A stretch of DNA of 64,000 nucleotides from Octopus vulgaris (taxonomy: Eukaryota): contig OX597820.1 of NCBI GenBank assembly GCA_951406725.2, positions 16,616,001-16,680,000 on the forward strand. Reading direction: 5' to 3'. Each line of letters begins with the position of its first letter. The stretch's first letter is position 1. Both the position numbers and the translations under genes were made by a program. The notes beneath the pieces were generated by a model. It saw nothing but the letters and a program-made list of their open reading frames with translations, did no database searches and was not told where the DNA came from. This document shows positions 47,484 through 60,066 of the stretch, in pieces.

Positions 47484-50400
47484 CCCAGCAATACTGTCAC
47501 TAGCATAAATTTATTTGAATTCTATACCTTGTTATATACATATATATCTGTCTGTCTGGTTGTTTCTTTCTATTTATCAAACTACCAACCTTTTTATCAG
47601 TCTCTCTCTCTCTCCCTCCACCTGTCCGCCCACCCATCTGCCCACCCACCCATCCATCCGTCCGTCCGCCCGCCCACCCACCTTGCGGCCTCCTAACTCA
47701 AACAAAGAATGACTATAATACATTTTTTATATAAGAAAAATTGTACACTAATAACCAAACACTTACAACGATACACATCTACATTGACAAGTTCCCCTTC
47801 AATTAATCGTTTGATACTGAAGAAATTAAAAGTGTTTACCAAATTCCTTACCTAATTCAATTGTATTGGCTTCTTAACCTGCAATTTTCTTATTGAACTG
47901 CATCACTTCTAATTATGCTGCTGTTTAACTAAATCATTAACATCATTGCAGATTGTTCTTTTTTTAGTGGCATAGAGTAGAGTTGCTTAAGTTAATTTCC
48001 AAACAGCCATTCACTTCGTTATTCCTTACACTAAATTAGTCGTATCATTGCTTAAAAATTTAATAAGAAAAAACAATTTGCATTCGACTGATGTTTGCTT
48101 CATTTTTACTTACCCTTTTTCTTATTTGTATTCTTTAATTTTTCTTTTTTTTTTTATTCTTATTTTATTTTTCATTGCTGATTTTATTCAAAGCTTCTTT
48201 TGACATCTAAAAACAAAAACCCCAAACTAAAAACTTTTTCTTCTTTTTATTATGATTATTAATACTTTTTATTGTTTTCCTTTTTGCTTTTGAAGCTAAA
48301 ACTAAACTAAACTAAACAAAACAAATACACCATAAAAATTATTCCATTTACTTTGTTAAATGGCAAAAAAGAACAAAACATTGTCGCTTGCTTTGATGAG
48401 ACTAATTTCATATTAAAAATTTTTAAAAAAATAAATAAAATGGATAATTTGTTTAAAAGCATTTTTTTTTCTGAGCTCAAATTTTTGCTGAGGTCGACTT
48501 TGCCTTTCGTCCTTTCAGGATCAATAAAATAAGTTGATGTAATCAGCTGGGGTTGATGTAATCAACTGAATTCCCTCCCCTTAAAATTTGCTGGCCTTGT
48601 GCCAAAATTAGAATTATTTACTATAGGAAGTGGCTGTTGGATTTTATTTCTTGGAGTGAAGTACTAAATATTGTCTCATTTACTTAGTTGGAAAGTCGTT
48701 CGGTAGAAGGCATTTTAAAATGCAAAGCTCAAAAGATACGCCACTGATCTGTGCTTACTTGTAGCAATCAAAGTTTTTGCTTGAACTTTCACCAGTGTAG
48801 GGTTCAATAAAGGAAATCTACAAGAATCCAGCAATATTTAGAGCCAATGAAGTTTTGTTCTGTTTGATGATTGTTCTATAATGGTAGCTTTGCTACTGTG
48901 ACATTGAAGTTTTATTTGTGTTCTGATGAAGGAATTTTCAGTGAGTTGCGTTTGATCTGTTCTTAGACTTTTCCCTCTACAAAACATTTTCATAATCATG
49001 TTCTAAACGACCAAGCTTCTTTACAGACTTTTTGATAGCTCTTTTGTTTTGATACATTCTGAATAATATTCTTTTATTCCTTTCAGTCGTTTGACTGTGG
49101 CCATGCTGGAGCACCGCCTTTAGTTGAACAAATCGATCCTAGGACTTATTCTTTGTAAGCCTAGCATTTATTCTATCGGTCTCTTTTGCCGAACCATTAA
49201 TTTATGGGGACGTAAACACACCAACATTGGTTGTCAAGCGATGATGGTGGGGGACAAACACAGACATACGAACATATATATATATATACATATATATGCA
49301 CATATATATATCACTGTGACCGACCAGATGTTGCTACACATCGCTGGTCACAATGCGCTTCGCATTGTTTTAGCCTTCAAATGACACCACCCCACTGGCT
49401 AAGCGAGCAGGCCAACAGAAGAAAGAGTGAGAGAAAGTTGTGGTGAAAGAGTACAGCAGGGATCGCCACCACCCCCTGCCGGAGCCTCGTGGAGCTTTAG
49501 GTGTTTTCACTCAATAAACACTCACAACATCCTAACCATTGAGCCTCCACCAATATATATATATACGATGGGCTTCTCTCAGTTTCCGTCTACCAAATCC
49601 ACTCACACGGCTTTGGTTGGCCCAAGGCTATAGTAGAAGATACTTGCCTACGGTGTCACATAGTGGGAATGAACCTGGAACCATGTGGTTGGGAAGGAAG
49701 CTACTTACCACACAGCCACTTCCTTTCACAAATTCCAAGTTATTCTCGTGGTTGAAAAAAAAAAATGGCAATGTGTATAGACGCCATTCCCTAAAATGGG
49801 AATGATGTATAAAGGCCAGGCAAATATGTCCTGTGTATCACACAGCGACGTTCACAAGAGCGACTAATGCTAAAAATTGTAGCAGAGTTCAATAATTTTC
49901 TCTTGGTTCCATTTGATTCCAATACCATTTTGTTCTTTTCTTTGCTTCATTTCTTTCTGTCTTCTATCTCTAGTTCTCTTGGTTTCGTTATATAACATAC
50001 CTGGTGCTGTAACCTGGCCAACTCGTTAGGACATTGGACAGAATGCTTTGTGTCATTTCTTCTGACTTGAATTTCATTTCTGCTTAGGTGGACTCTGCCT
50101 TTTATCCTATCAGGGTTGATGAAATAAGTACCAGTCAGACACTGGGGTTTATGTAATTGACTTTCCCTTCCACCTGAAATTGCTGGCATTGTGTCGAAAG
50201 TAAAGAGGATTATTTGGTATTCTTTCTCAGTTTTATTGATTTTGTTTCTTTTGTCTTTCTCATGTGTTGCCATACATTATGATGATAAAAGCAAAACAAA
50301 AATAATTGTTTCAAGGAGTGTAATTCCAACATGCATGGTAAAGAGGTACCATATTTGATGGCATAAAGAATCGTGAGCATATTAGGTGCATATTCAAAAA

Positions 50401-51431
50401 CAAAAGTGCATTGAAGCATATGGGCTGCCCAACTTCACATAGCATGTTTTTTTTTGTTTGAGATGTGTTTTTGAGATAAATGCATGCCTTACATGCCATC
50501 AAATATGGTTTATTGTATTTGGATTAAGTACTTTTTGTTATCTGTTTATGTTCCAAGTTCAATTCTCACTATGGTTGATTGTATTTTTCTGAAATCTATC
50601 ATATTCTGAAGTTTATAGATCTTTACTTTATCATTTTTGGTAACTTGCCTTGTGCCCAGTTCTAAGTAAATTGTTAGTTAACCCTTTCGTTACCGTATTT
50701 CTGTTGAGATGCTCTGTGTTGCTTTCAGTTACTTTAAATATAACCAAGAATTTAGTAAAATAACTCAGTTATCATTAAGCTATTATAGGAACATAAATTG
50801 TGACTAAGGTTTGGTGGAATATTTTAATTCAAAACTCATGAAATCAAGACATTTGTACTACAGAGCCAGAGCCAGTTTCAGCCGGGTTGGTAATGAAAGG
50901 GTTAAGAATTGTTTCTCTATTATATATTTTAACCCTTTTGTTACCATATTTCTGTTGAGATGCTCTGTGTTTCTTTCAATTAATTTTAAATATAACCAAG
51001 AATTTAGTAAAATAATTTACAGTTATCATTAAGCTAATGTTAGGAACATAAGTTCTGACTAAGGTTTGGTGGAAGATTTTAATTCAAAACTTATGAAAGC
51101 AAGACATTTGTGCTACAGAGCCAGCTCTGGTTTCAGCTGGGTTGGTAACGAAAGGGTTAATATGCTCAGATTAGTGGATGACAGAATTGGTAGCACACTA
51201 AACAAAATGAATATAGTTATGTCTCTTTATGTTCTGAGGTCAATTTTGCGTCTTGTTTGTTGAGGGTGATCAATAAAATAAGAACTAGCAAAGCACTGTG
51301 GTAGACTGAATCCGTTATTTTACTCTCCTTCAAAAATGTGTGGCCTTGTGTCTGTATGAGAAGCCATTGTTGGTATAGCCTGTTGTTACTGTGTACAGGA
51401 TAGCAATATAGATATATACAGCTTTCAGATA

Positions 51432-51986
51432 CAGGGTGGACCAAAATGATCTGACACATTTGGAGGCTTAATAAAAGCACAAAATAAGAAACAATGAAAG
51501 GAAAAAATTTATTTTCTGAATCTAAATATAATGCCATTTTATTTCATTAAGTTTTAAAAATTAAATCAGCTAAATGCTTCCCATCATTGTCAACACACTA
51601 TTGGAGACGTTCAGGAAAGTTATCGATAACTCTATGGATCATTTCTTCTGGAATGGTGAAATGTGATTTCTTCTTGTGGGGATATTTAAAATCAAAAGTA
51701 TTCAGTCATCGCCCTCGATCTATTGATGAATTAAAACGTGCAATTTGTGTAGAAATAGCAACCATTCCAGAAGAAATGATCCATAGAGTTATCGATAACT
51801 TTCCTGAACGTCTCCAACAGTGTGTTGACAATGATGGGAAGCATTTAGCTGATTTAATTTTTAAAACTTAATGAAATAAAATGGCATTATATGTACATTC
51901 AGAAAATAACATTTTTCTTTTCATTATTTCTTATTTTGTAATTTTATTAAGCCTCCAAATGTGTCAGATCATTTTGGTCCATCCTG
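51432..51986. mobile_element. Tc1/mariner (rosa/maT-like) derived palindromic element made of two inverted 3' ends
   Basis: TA TSD, CAGGGTG terminus, 226-bp inverted arms 51432-51657 and 51761-51986; CDFFLWGYLKSKV..RLQQCVDNDGKH transposase C-terminus. Confidence 0.9.
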
Positions 51987-52779
51987 TATAAGCCAAATAA
52001 AAGGTAACCTTTTAACATTCAGGTTATTCTGTCTAATGTAATGCTTTATCTATTCATATTCTTTTGATTTAATCATGTATTATCTTGTGGCTTTGAGGTT
52101 TCAATGATGTGATTGTTTATTTCTTAGAATGACATTGTAGGGTAGGTATGAAAGGTTGGATCTGGCTGTTTTAAATATTAACCGTTTAGCATTCAGGTTA
52201 TCCTGTCCAATGTAATGTTTATTTATTCACTTAATTTTGAATTAATCATGCATTTTGTCTTTACTTCAAGATTTCAATGATTGCTTACTTTTAGAATGCA
52301 GGGTAGGTATGACAGGCTGAATCTAGTCAGTTTAAACATAAAGCAGGTAGAATATTCGGGTTGGATGTGGCCGGTTTAAATGCCAAAGGGTTAAACATAA
52401 CCCTTGTGTCTGTAGAATTATAAACCATTTTTCAATGAGTTGTAATGTATTAATCAGATTGATGTTGGGGGTGGGTGGGTGAAGGAAAGTTTTACAAATC
52501 TTATGATCAGTAGGTTTTTTTTTCTCTGAACAACATTACCAATAACCCTAATATCACTTAACAAAATGTCTTTAATATATTAAGGCTGACATTCTCTCAT
52601 TGCCCACTTTCTTTCACATTATCTCCAAGGTGTTGGTTAATGCTTGAAGCTTATAATTTTCTAAACCCATTATCTTAATTTATTCAATTTTTGCTTAGCT
52701 TTCTACCACTGAATAAGAAATTATTGTTTCCATGTAATATAAAACTTGTAAACTATATCTACTAATTTTATTCTTATAG

Positions 52780-52791
52780 GTTTGTGGCAGG
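52780..52791 (+). CDS. Candidate 12-nt microexon GTTTGTGGCAGG (GLWQ in phase 1 or VCGR in phase 0)
   Basis: tactaat branch point, ttttattcttatag acceptor and consensus G|gtaagt donor only 12 nt apart; frame-preserving. Confidence 0.6.
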
Positions 52792-53147
52792 GTAAGTGGC
52801 TCTTTGAAATGTTTTTATTATCATTATTATTATCATTATTATTATTATTATTAAAATACACAATGCAATTTTTTTGCTGTTAATCATATTTTTAAAAATT
52901 AAGAGACAATAAAATCATGTATAGACTTTGTTACTTTAATTAGTATTTGAAGGCTTCGGATATTTATTGAAACCCTTTGCTCAAGAAGCTTAAGGGAATT
53001 CTTTTACTGGAAGATAAAGCTGTAATGAAGAACTTTATAATATATCCATATGAAGTCCACTTCCTTTTTATGTCATTTAATTTTGAATTAGCTCAATGAA
53101 GGTGGTTCTTGTAAAAACGAAACAGAACTGCCAGGAATGATATTGGG

Positions 53148-53445
53148 CAGTGGTTCTCAACCGGGGCCCATAGAAGATTTTTGGATGTCCACATGAGCAA
53201 AATAGCAAATTGGGGATCTATAGTAGTGTATCAAGGGTCCATGAAACAGCAGGATTTCTTTCTCTGTTTTACATGGTTCAAACCACAAAAGTCAGTGTGT
53301 GAAAAAGCAAAATAGGAATTTTGAAAGAAGTATCTATACAAATAGATTTTAAACATCGAATGGTGGGGGGTAGGGTCACCAGAATAAAATAGGAGTCAAA
53401 ATGGTTCCATGGGTAAAAAAAAAAAAAAACGGTTGAGAACCTCTG
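53148..53445. mobile_element. hAT-type MITE
   Basis: CAGTGGTTCTCAACC / GGTTGAGAACCTCTG TIRs; degenerate 8-bp flanks ATATTGGG / AAGTAGGG. Confidence 0.7.
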
Positions 53446-53666
53446 AAGTAGGGAAGGAATAAAAAAGAAATGGAAAAAAAAATATGAATGAATGATAGGA
53501 TATATTCTTCAAAATTATTACAAAAAAATGAATATTTAAAAAATTTGGTATGCACATTTTATTAACAGCAAATTCGTTTCACTATGTAGCCAGCCTCTGC
53601 CTTTTAGCTTATCGGCAAAATGTTAAGTAATTTTAAAGCACTGCTATGTGCACATTGTGTGGGTGC

Positions 53667-53711
<45 letters not shown>

Positions 53712-54413
53712 TTTAGGTAGTTGCCATTTTTTTTTTTTAAACAGCTTTGAGTCACCTGCGACACACAGGTTTTGATACTATAGCTTCTCACATAGAAATC
53801 ATATGTGTGTATGTATATATATGTATATATATATATGTGAATGATGTAATAGGTCTTTAATAACACTCCTGCTAAATCCACATTGCCACATCTTTTAAAA
53901 CCTAGAGAGTTTTAATAATATTCACTACTAATTCAATAAGTTAAGATTTAAAGAAAAATGTTCTTAAAATTATAATTGCTACTTTCGCTTTCATGAAATT
54001 GAATTAAATTTGAAGTCAGTATCATTATTATTATTATTATTAATATTGTTATTTTTTTCCCAATTAATACAGTTTTTTTCCCCATAGTTATCAATATATT
54101 TACAGTCATCAGTTTGGTTATTCATTATTTCTGTTTTTCTAGCCATTATATTGCTTCTATCCATTATTATATAGTAGATCTACACAGGTTAACAATGTTA
54201 TTGATCTATTTATTAATAATATTATTATTATTATTATTATTATCGTTATTATTACTGTGAAAATTTGTCCTTGATACCTGCTGTATTTACATGTTATTTA
54301 CTTGGTGCCACCCAGACACCTGAGGTAGATGATGGATATAATGTGCTCTCTGCAATATGATGTCGAGAAGTAGTCGGACCGGATAAATTAAATACAAATA
54401 TGTACGAGTGTTC

Positions 54414-55262
54414 AGTGAGCTGGCAGAATTGTTAGCATGCTGGACAGAATGCTTAGTGGTATTTCGCCCATCACTACGTTCTGAGTTCAAGTTTCACTGA
54501 GGTCGACTTTGCCTTTCATCCTTTTGGGGTTGATAAATTAAGTAAAAGTGGAACACCAGAGTCGATGTAATCGACTAGTCCCCTCCCCCAATTTTCAGTG
54601 CCTTTAGTAGAAAGGATTATTATTATTATTATCATCATCATCAAGGTGGCAAGCTGGCAGAATCATTAGCATGTTGGTCGAAATGCTTAGTGGTATTTCA
54701 CCTGTCGCTATGTTCTTAGTTCAAATTCCACCGAGGTCAACTTCACTTTTTATCCTTTCGGGATTAAAATATTAAATACTAATTAAACACTGGGTTCAAT
54801 GTAATCAACTTAATCCTTTCTCCAAATTTCAGGCCTTGTGCCTACAGTAGAAAGGATTGTTATTATTATTGTTAAGGCAGTGAGCTGGCAGAATTGTCAG
54901 CACACCGGGTGAAATGCTTATCAGTATTTCATCTTGTCTTCACGTTCTGGGTTCAAATTCTGCTGAGGTTGACTTTACTTTTCATCCTTTTGAGGTCGAT
55001 GAAATAAGTTCCTGTTGAACACTGGGGTTGATGTAGTCGAGTATGCCTGTTCCTGGAACCAAATTTCTGCCCCTGTGCCTATAATAGAAAGGATTATTAT
55101 TGTTGTTGTTATTATTGTTATTAAGGACTGTACCTTTCATTCTTTCAGGGTCAATAAATTAAGTGCCAGTGAAATACTGGGGTTGATGTAATCAACTAGT
55201 CCCGCCCCCAAAATTTCAGGCCTAGTGCCTGTAGTAGAGAGGGTTATAATAATTATTATTAT
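54414..55262 (+). mobile_element. Head-to-tail array of four family B SINEs with (ATT)n tails
   Basis: Repeated GAGCTGGCAGAAT..GTTCAAATTC..CCTTTCATCC..GTAGAAAGGATTATT units; similar copies near 18750-19370, 19960, 22821, 39212, 40070-40505, 55857 and 57836. Confidence 0.8.
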
Positions 55263-55263
55263 T

Positions 55264-55820
55264 GAGTAAGAGAGCAGTGCATGCCATCAAAGTGACATTG
55301 GGGTAAAATATACGAAGTCCAGTATACCCATCATGACTACCTGTCTGATAAAGGTACACTAGGCACATGCATCACAACCATATGTGTGCGACATGGTGTT
55401 CTCATATCCAGATAAACAGCACATGACCTTGCAGGTGGGGCCCAGTTAGAATTTTCTTCTGGTTGAGTCACCCATCCCGCTCAAAAGGTCCCTGAATAAG
55501 GGTTGTTTAAGGATGTTGAATGAAACACCCATGTTTCCAGAGGGGAATTATCCAAACCTCAAAGAATCCCTTTCAACACATGGCCATGATGCCCCCCACT
55601 ACTTCTGCTTGTGATCAGAGATGCACATATCGTCAGCCACTAAGGGACATGCTCAACTGGTTAAGGTCAAACAACTGACAAGCAAATCTGTGGTATTGAG
55701 CAGAATATTTGCTGTAACCCATCTTTTATACCAAGACAAACCAATGTACATGATAACACTTCCAATCACTTAAGATCAGTAGCCACGAGAGCCACTGCCT
55801 GGTACTGCATCAGGGCATTT
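55264..55820 (-). mobile_element. ~550-bp fixed-end element embedded in (TTA)n, copy 3
   Basis: Colinear with copies 1 and 2; (TTA)n on both sides. Confidence 0.8.
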
Positions 55821-56587
55821 ATTATTATTATTATTGTGGCGAGCTGGCAGAATCATTAAGATGCCAGGTAAAATGCTTAGTAACATTTTGTCTGTCTTTG
55901 TGTTCTTAGTTCAAATTCCACTGAGGTCAAATTTGCCTTTCATCCTTTTGGGATCGATAAAACAAGCACCTGTTGAACACTGTGGTTGATGTAACCAATT
56001 GAATCCTTCCCCTAAAATTTCAGGCCTTGTGTCTATAGCAGGAAGGTTTAGTATGTTCTGAGTTCAAATGCTGCTGGGGTTGTCTTTGCCTTTCATCCTG
56101 TCAGGGTCCTTAAAACAAGTTCATACAAACAACACAAGTGTGTGTATGTATACATACATACATACATACTGTATGTTGTTGGTTACAGAGATGGCTATGT
56201 GGTTGATAGATTTTGCCTGAAAAGCTGCATGTGGTTTACATATGGCTGGGCACTTCATCACATGTTGCAGTTGATTTGCCGAGTTTTCCAGCCTGCACAT
56301 GAAATTAGTGTACAAGTGGCTGAGAACTCCAGAGACAAGCATACTCTTAATGTAGTTCTCAGGGGGATTCAGCATGGCTCACTAAATGTGACATGGCTGG
56401 CCCTTTGAAATACATGTACAACTCAGTTTTGCCAGCTGGTTGAACTGGAGCAACATGAAATAAATTGTCTTGCTCATGGACGCATTGAACTGTTGGGAAT
56501 TGAACTCAGGACCTTATGATTGTGAGCCAAATACACTGATTAGTAAACCATATGTCTTAACTGTTTACATGTATAATAATATTACAA

Positions 56588-56914
56588 AATCAAGATGTAG
56601 GACAAGATACTGCAATAGCCTGGGCTTCAGAGGTCCACAGCTCTTCAATATCCTCCCAAAGGACCTGACAGACCTGAGGTGGATGTAGGTGTCTTCAAAA
56701 TAAAGCTGGACCTCTTTCTGTCAGGTGTCCCAGATGAGCCAACTTCACAGCAGGAGGTGCAGATGAGGGCAGCTGCATCAAACTCTCTCATGCACCAAAT
56801 GTCAATTGCTAAAAAGCATTCATGAAGTAAAATTATGTAGCAACACCAAATGGTGGTGCCCCAGCATGGCCACAGCGCGTGAGCTTAAACTATATGAAGT
56901 AAAATAAATAAAAA
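56588..56914 (+). mobile_element. CR1/L2-like LINE 3' end
   Basis: Translates to YCNSLGFRGPQLFNILPKDL and, after a frameshift, FKIKLDLFLSGVPDEP; 3'UTR GGTGCCCCAGCATGGCCACAGC and A-rich tail. Confidence 0.75.
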
Positions 56915-58819
56915 TATGTGCATATTAATATTAGTATCCATGAAATGTATATACCATATAGTGTTGAAACACATGTATCGAAAGAATTAGATGTAATAAT
57001 AACATTAATTCTACTTTTTAGATTTATTATGTATGTCTATATATATATATATATATATGTTTAATCATATAAATTTTTTTACTGAAATTCAATGTTAGTA
57101 ATAAACTATTTGATACTTAACCCTTTCATTACCATATTTATTTTGAGATGCTCTGTGTTTCTCTCAATTATTTTAGATATAATAAAGAATTTAATAAAAT
57201 AACTTAACATTAAGCTAGTGTTAGGCACTAAGGTTTGGTGACTAAGGTTTGGTGGAAGATTTTAATTCAAATCTTATGGAAACAAGACATTTGTACTACA
57301 GAGCCAGAGCTGGTATTGGCCGAGTTAGTAACGAAAGGGTTAATGAACTGTTGGGTGATATAATATTATGAATTAAATATTTATTAGGTCAATGATAAGA
57401 ATTATTTTAATCTCTCAAGGTTGGCTGTTTGTGGCATTGATAGGACAATAAGACAATTGGTTAAAGTGTGTTACAGCATTGTCCTTCCTTACTTGAAATC
57501 CACCCAAGGGCAACTTTGTCTTTTACCCTTCTAATGTTGATAAAGTACCAGTGACGTATATAAGGGTTGATTTCTTCAGTTAGTCCCGTGCCCCAAATTT
57601 GTGGCCCTGTATCTGAATCTCTTAGGATTTTGTCAAGCAGAATCCTTAGAGGATTGGATAAAATACTTTGTGGTATTTTCTTTGGCCCTTTTATATTGAG
57701 TTGAAATTCTGTTAAGATCAACTCTGCCTTTCATCCTTATAAGAGGAAGTACCAGTCATTTTACTGGGATCAATACAATAGATTTTTTTTCCCTAAATTT
57801 GTAGCCTCGTGATTATGTTAGAAATTATTATTATTGCAAGCTGACAGAATTGTTGGCATCTTGGGAGAAATGCTTAGCAGCAATTCATCCATCATAACGA
57901 TCTGAGTTCAAATTCTGCTGAGGTCGACTTTGCTTTTCATCTTTTTTTGGGGTTGATAAAATAAGTACCAGTAGAACACAGGAGTCGATGTAATCAACTT
58001 AACCCCTCTATGAAATTTTTGGCCTTGTGCCAAAATTTGAAGCCATCATTATTGTTGTTCCTTTTGTTTTTGTGTTTCGCTTTAAAAAAAAACAAAACAA
58101 AAACTCATTACAACTTTTAGTTAAAATGTTTGATAGTGTAATTTATTTATCCTAGGGTTATGTCATGCTGATGATTTTAAATAAGGATGAAATGGCACTG
58201 TACATGGCTACTTATGATGAGAAAGTTTATGATCTTTGTTATGAGTAAAGAAAAAAAGAAAATATATAAATATTCTGTGCTTTTTTTTATTCTTTGAATT
58301 AAATATATAACTTTTAACTCTATCAGGATTAATCTAAGAGTGATAATTTCCCTTATAATAACAGATGCCTGGGTACACCGTGTATGCAAATAGAAAAACA
58401 ATTTTTTGGGAATGACTTTATTATGATTTATATATTAATTGTGGATCCCTTTTTGATATAATGTTTTTATACTGTATGACAAAAAGAAGGGGTATTGTTA
58501 TGCTTGCTGCCCCTGTGGAAAGGATATTCTTGTCTAGTAGTGTTGGAGTGATGGTTGAAATCTATTCATTCTGGTGGTGGTGTTGGTAGTAGTTCTAGTA
58601 ATGTTGTTATTGTTGTTGATGGTGGTGGAGGTGGCGGCTGTGGTGTTATTAGGAAATTCGAATAGGTTTGTAGACATTAGTAGTTAGTTTGAGTAGTAGT
58701 TTTTAGATCATTCAATCATCACTTCTGCTAATGGATAAGATTTTGAGCATTAGAAATAAACTTAAACCATTTTGCCTTCTGCTTTCTTTTTTTTATATTT
58801 ATTATTATTATTATTTTTC

Positions 58820-59162
58820 CTAGCAGTATCGCCTGGCGTTGCTCGGGTTTGTTTCAACCCTTTAGAATTGGAATTTTTGAAAAGTAAAAATTTTGCATTA
58901 TGTAGCTTGTTATTCTCTTTAAGTGAACATTTGTCTGGTTGAAATACACCGGAAAATGGCGACACAGCAGTAAAAAAATTGTAAAAAATAGGGATTTTCA
59001 TAGGAAAAAAGCACCTTTTTGATGTAAATAATTTTTGGTGTTAACATGGTCCGATTTGAATTTTGGTCAACTTGGTGCCACAGGGTCTCGGAAGAGAGAG
59101 TGTTAGTTGAAGGCTACCAAACCTGCCATACACAGACAACTTCAGCTTTATATATAGAGAGA
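58820..59162 (-). mobile_element. Non-autonomous Helitron (internally deleted relative to 7595-7984)
   Basis: CTAGCAGTATCGCCTGGCGTTGCTCGGG terminus with hairpin. Confidence 0.75.
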
Positions 59163-59839
59163 TTATTATTTTCTTTTTGGTCTGAGCTCTATATCTTATA
59201 ATGGAGATGACAGATATTTGGTGTCAGTTTTAAAATTTTCTCCCCTCCAACTTAGTCCCTTGAGAGTCATCTGCCCCTTCCACTCTGCTTCACTGCTGGT
59301 GTTTATTGATCTCTCGTCTCTATGGTTGATAGATTCCACAGTAGGAATATCCCTGAGTCAAACCAAATGCTCCTGGATAGAACTAGTCTTTTATCAGATC
59401 AAAAGAAATCTGTATTTATATTCTCTGCAACAAAATGGACAATTAATATAAAACATGTAAAAAATATAATTAGCTTCTATCTCACTTGACACCCAAAATC
59501 CTATCTTTTGGCCTTTATTGATTTTTGTTTTGAAAAAAAAAAAAATTGTTTTTATAAAATTTAATTATTTCATGCTTAATTTGTTTACTCTTGTTTTTAC
59601 AGATTTAAATGTGGATATCTTTTTAATTGATTTTTATTTTTTTAAATTGCATAATTTCTGTAAAATGTTACCTGTATTTTATGTTGTTAGGATTACATTA
59701 ATCTAAAGATGAGTGACCTGGGAGGGAGAGAGAGAGTGAGAATACTTGATCTTAGTTGTATTTCTTTGGCTGTTTAAGGAATTAACTTTTTTCTCACTCA
59801 TAGTCCTTTACATTTTATAATCGGTATCAATCCAGGGTG

Positions 59840-60066
59840 GCGAGCTGGCAGAAACGTTAGCACGCCGGGCGAAATGCGTAGCCGTATTTCGTCTGCCGTT
59901 ACGTTCTGAGATCAAATTCTGCCGAGGTTGACTTTGCCTCTCATCCTTTCAGGGTCGATAAATTAAGTACCATTTGCGCACTGGTGTCGATGTAATCGGC
60001 TTGATCCGTTTGTCTGTCCTTGTTTGTCCTCTCTGTGTTTAGCCCCTTGTGGGTAGTAAAGAAATA
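59840..60066 (+). mobile_element. Young family B SINE
   Basis: 17-bp direct repeat GGTATCAATCCAGGGTG at 59823-59839 and 60067-60083; CpGs retained. Confidence 0.9.
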
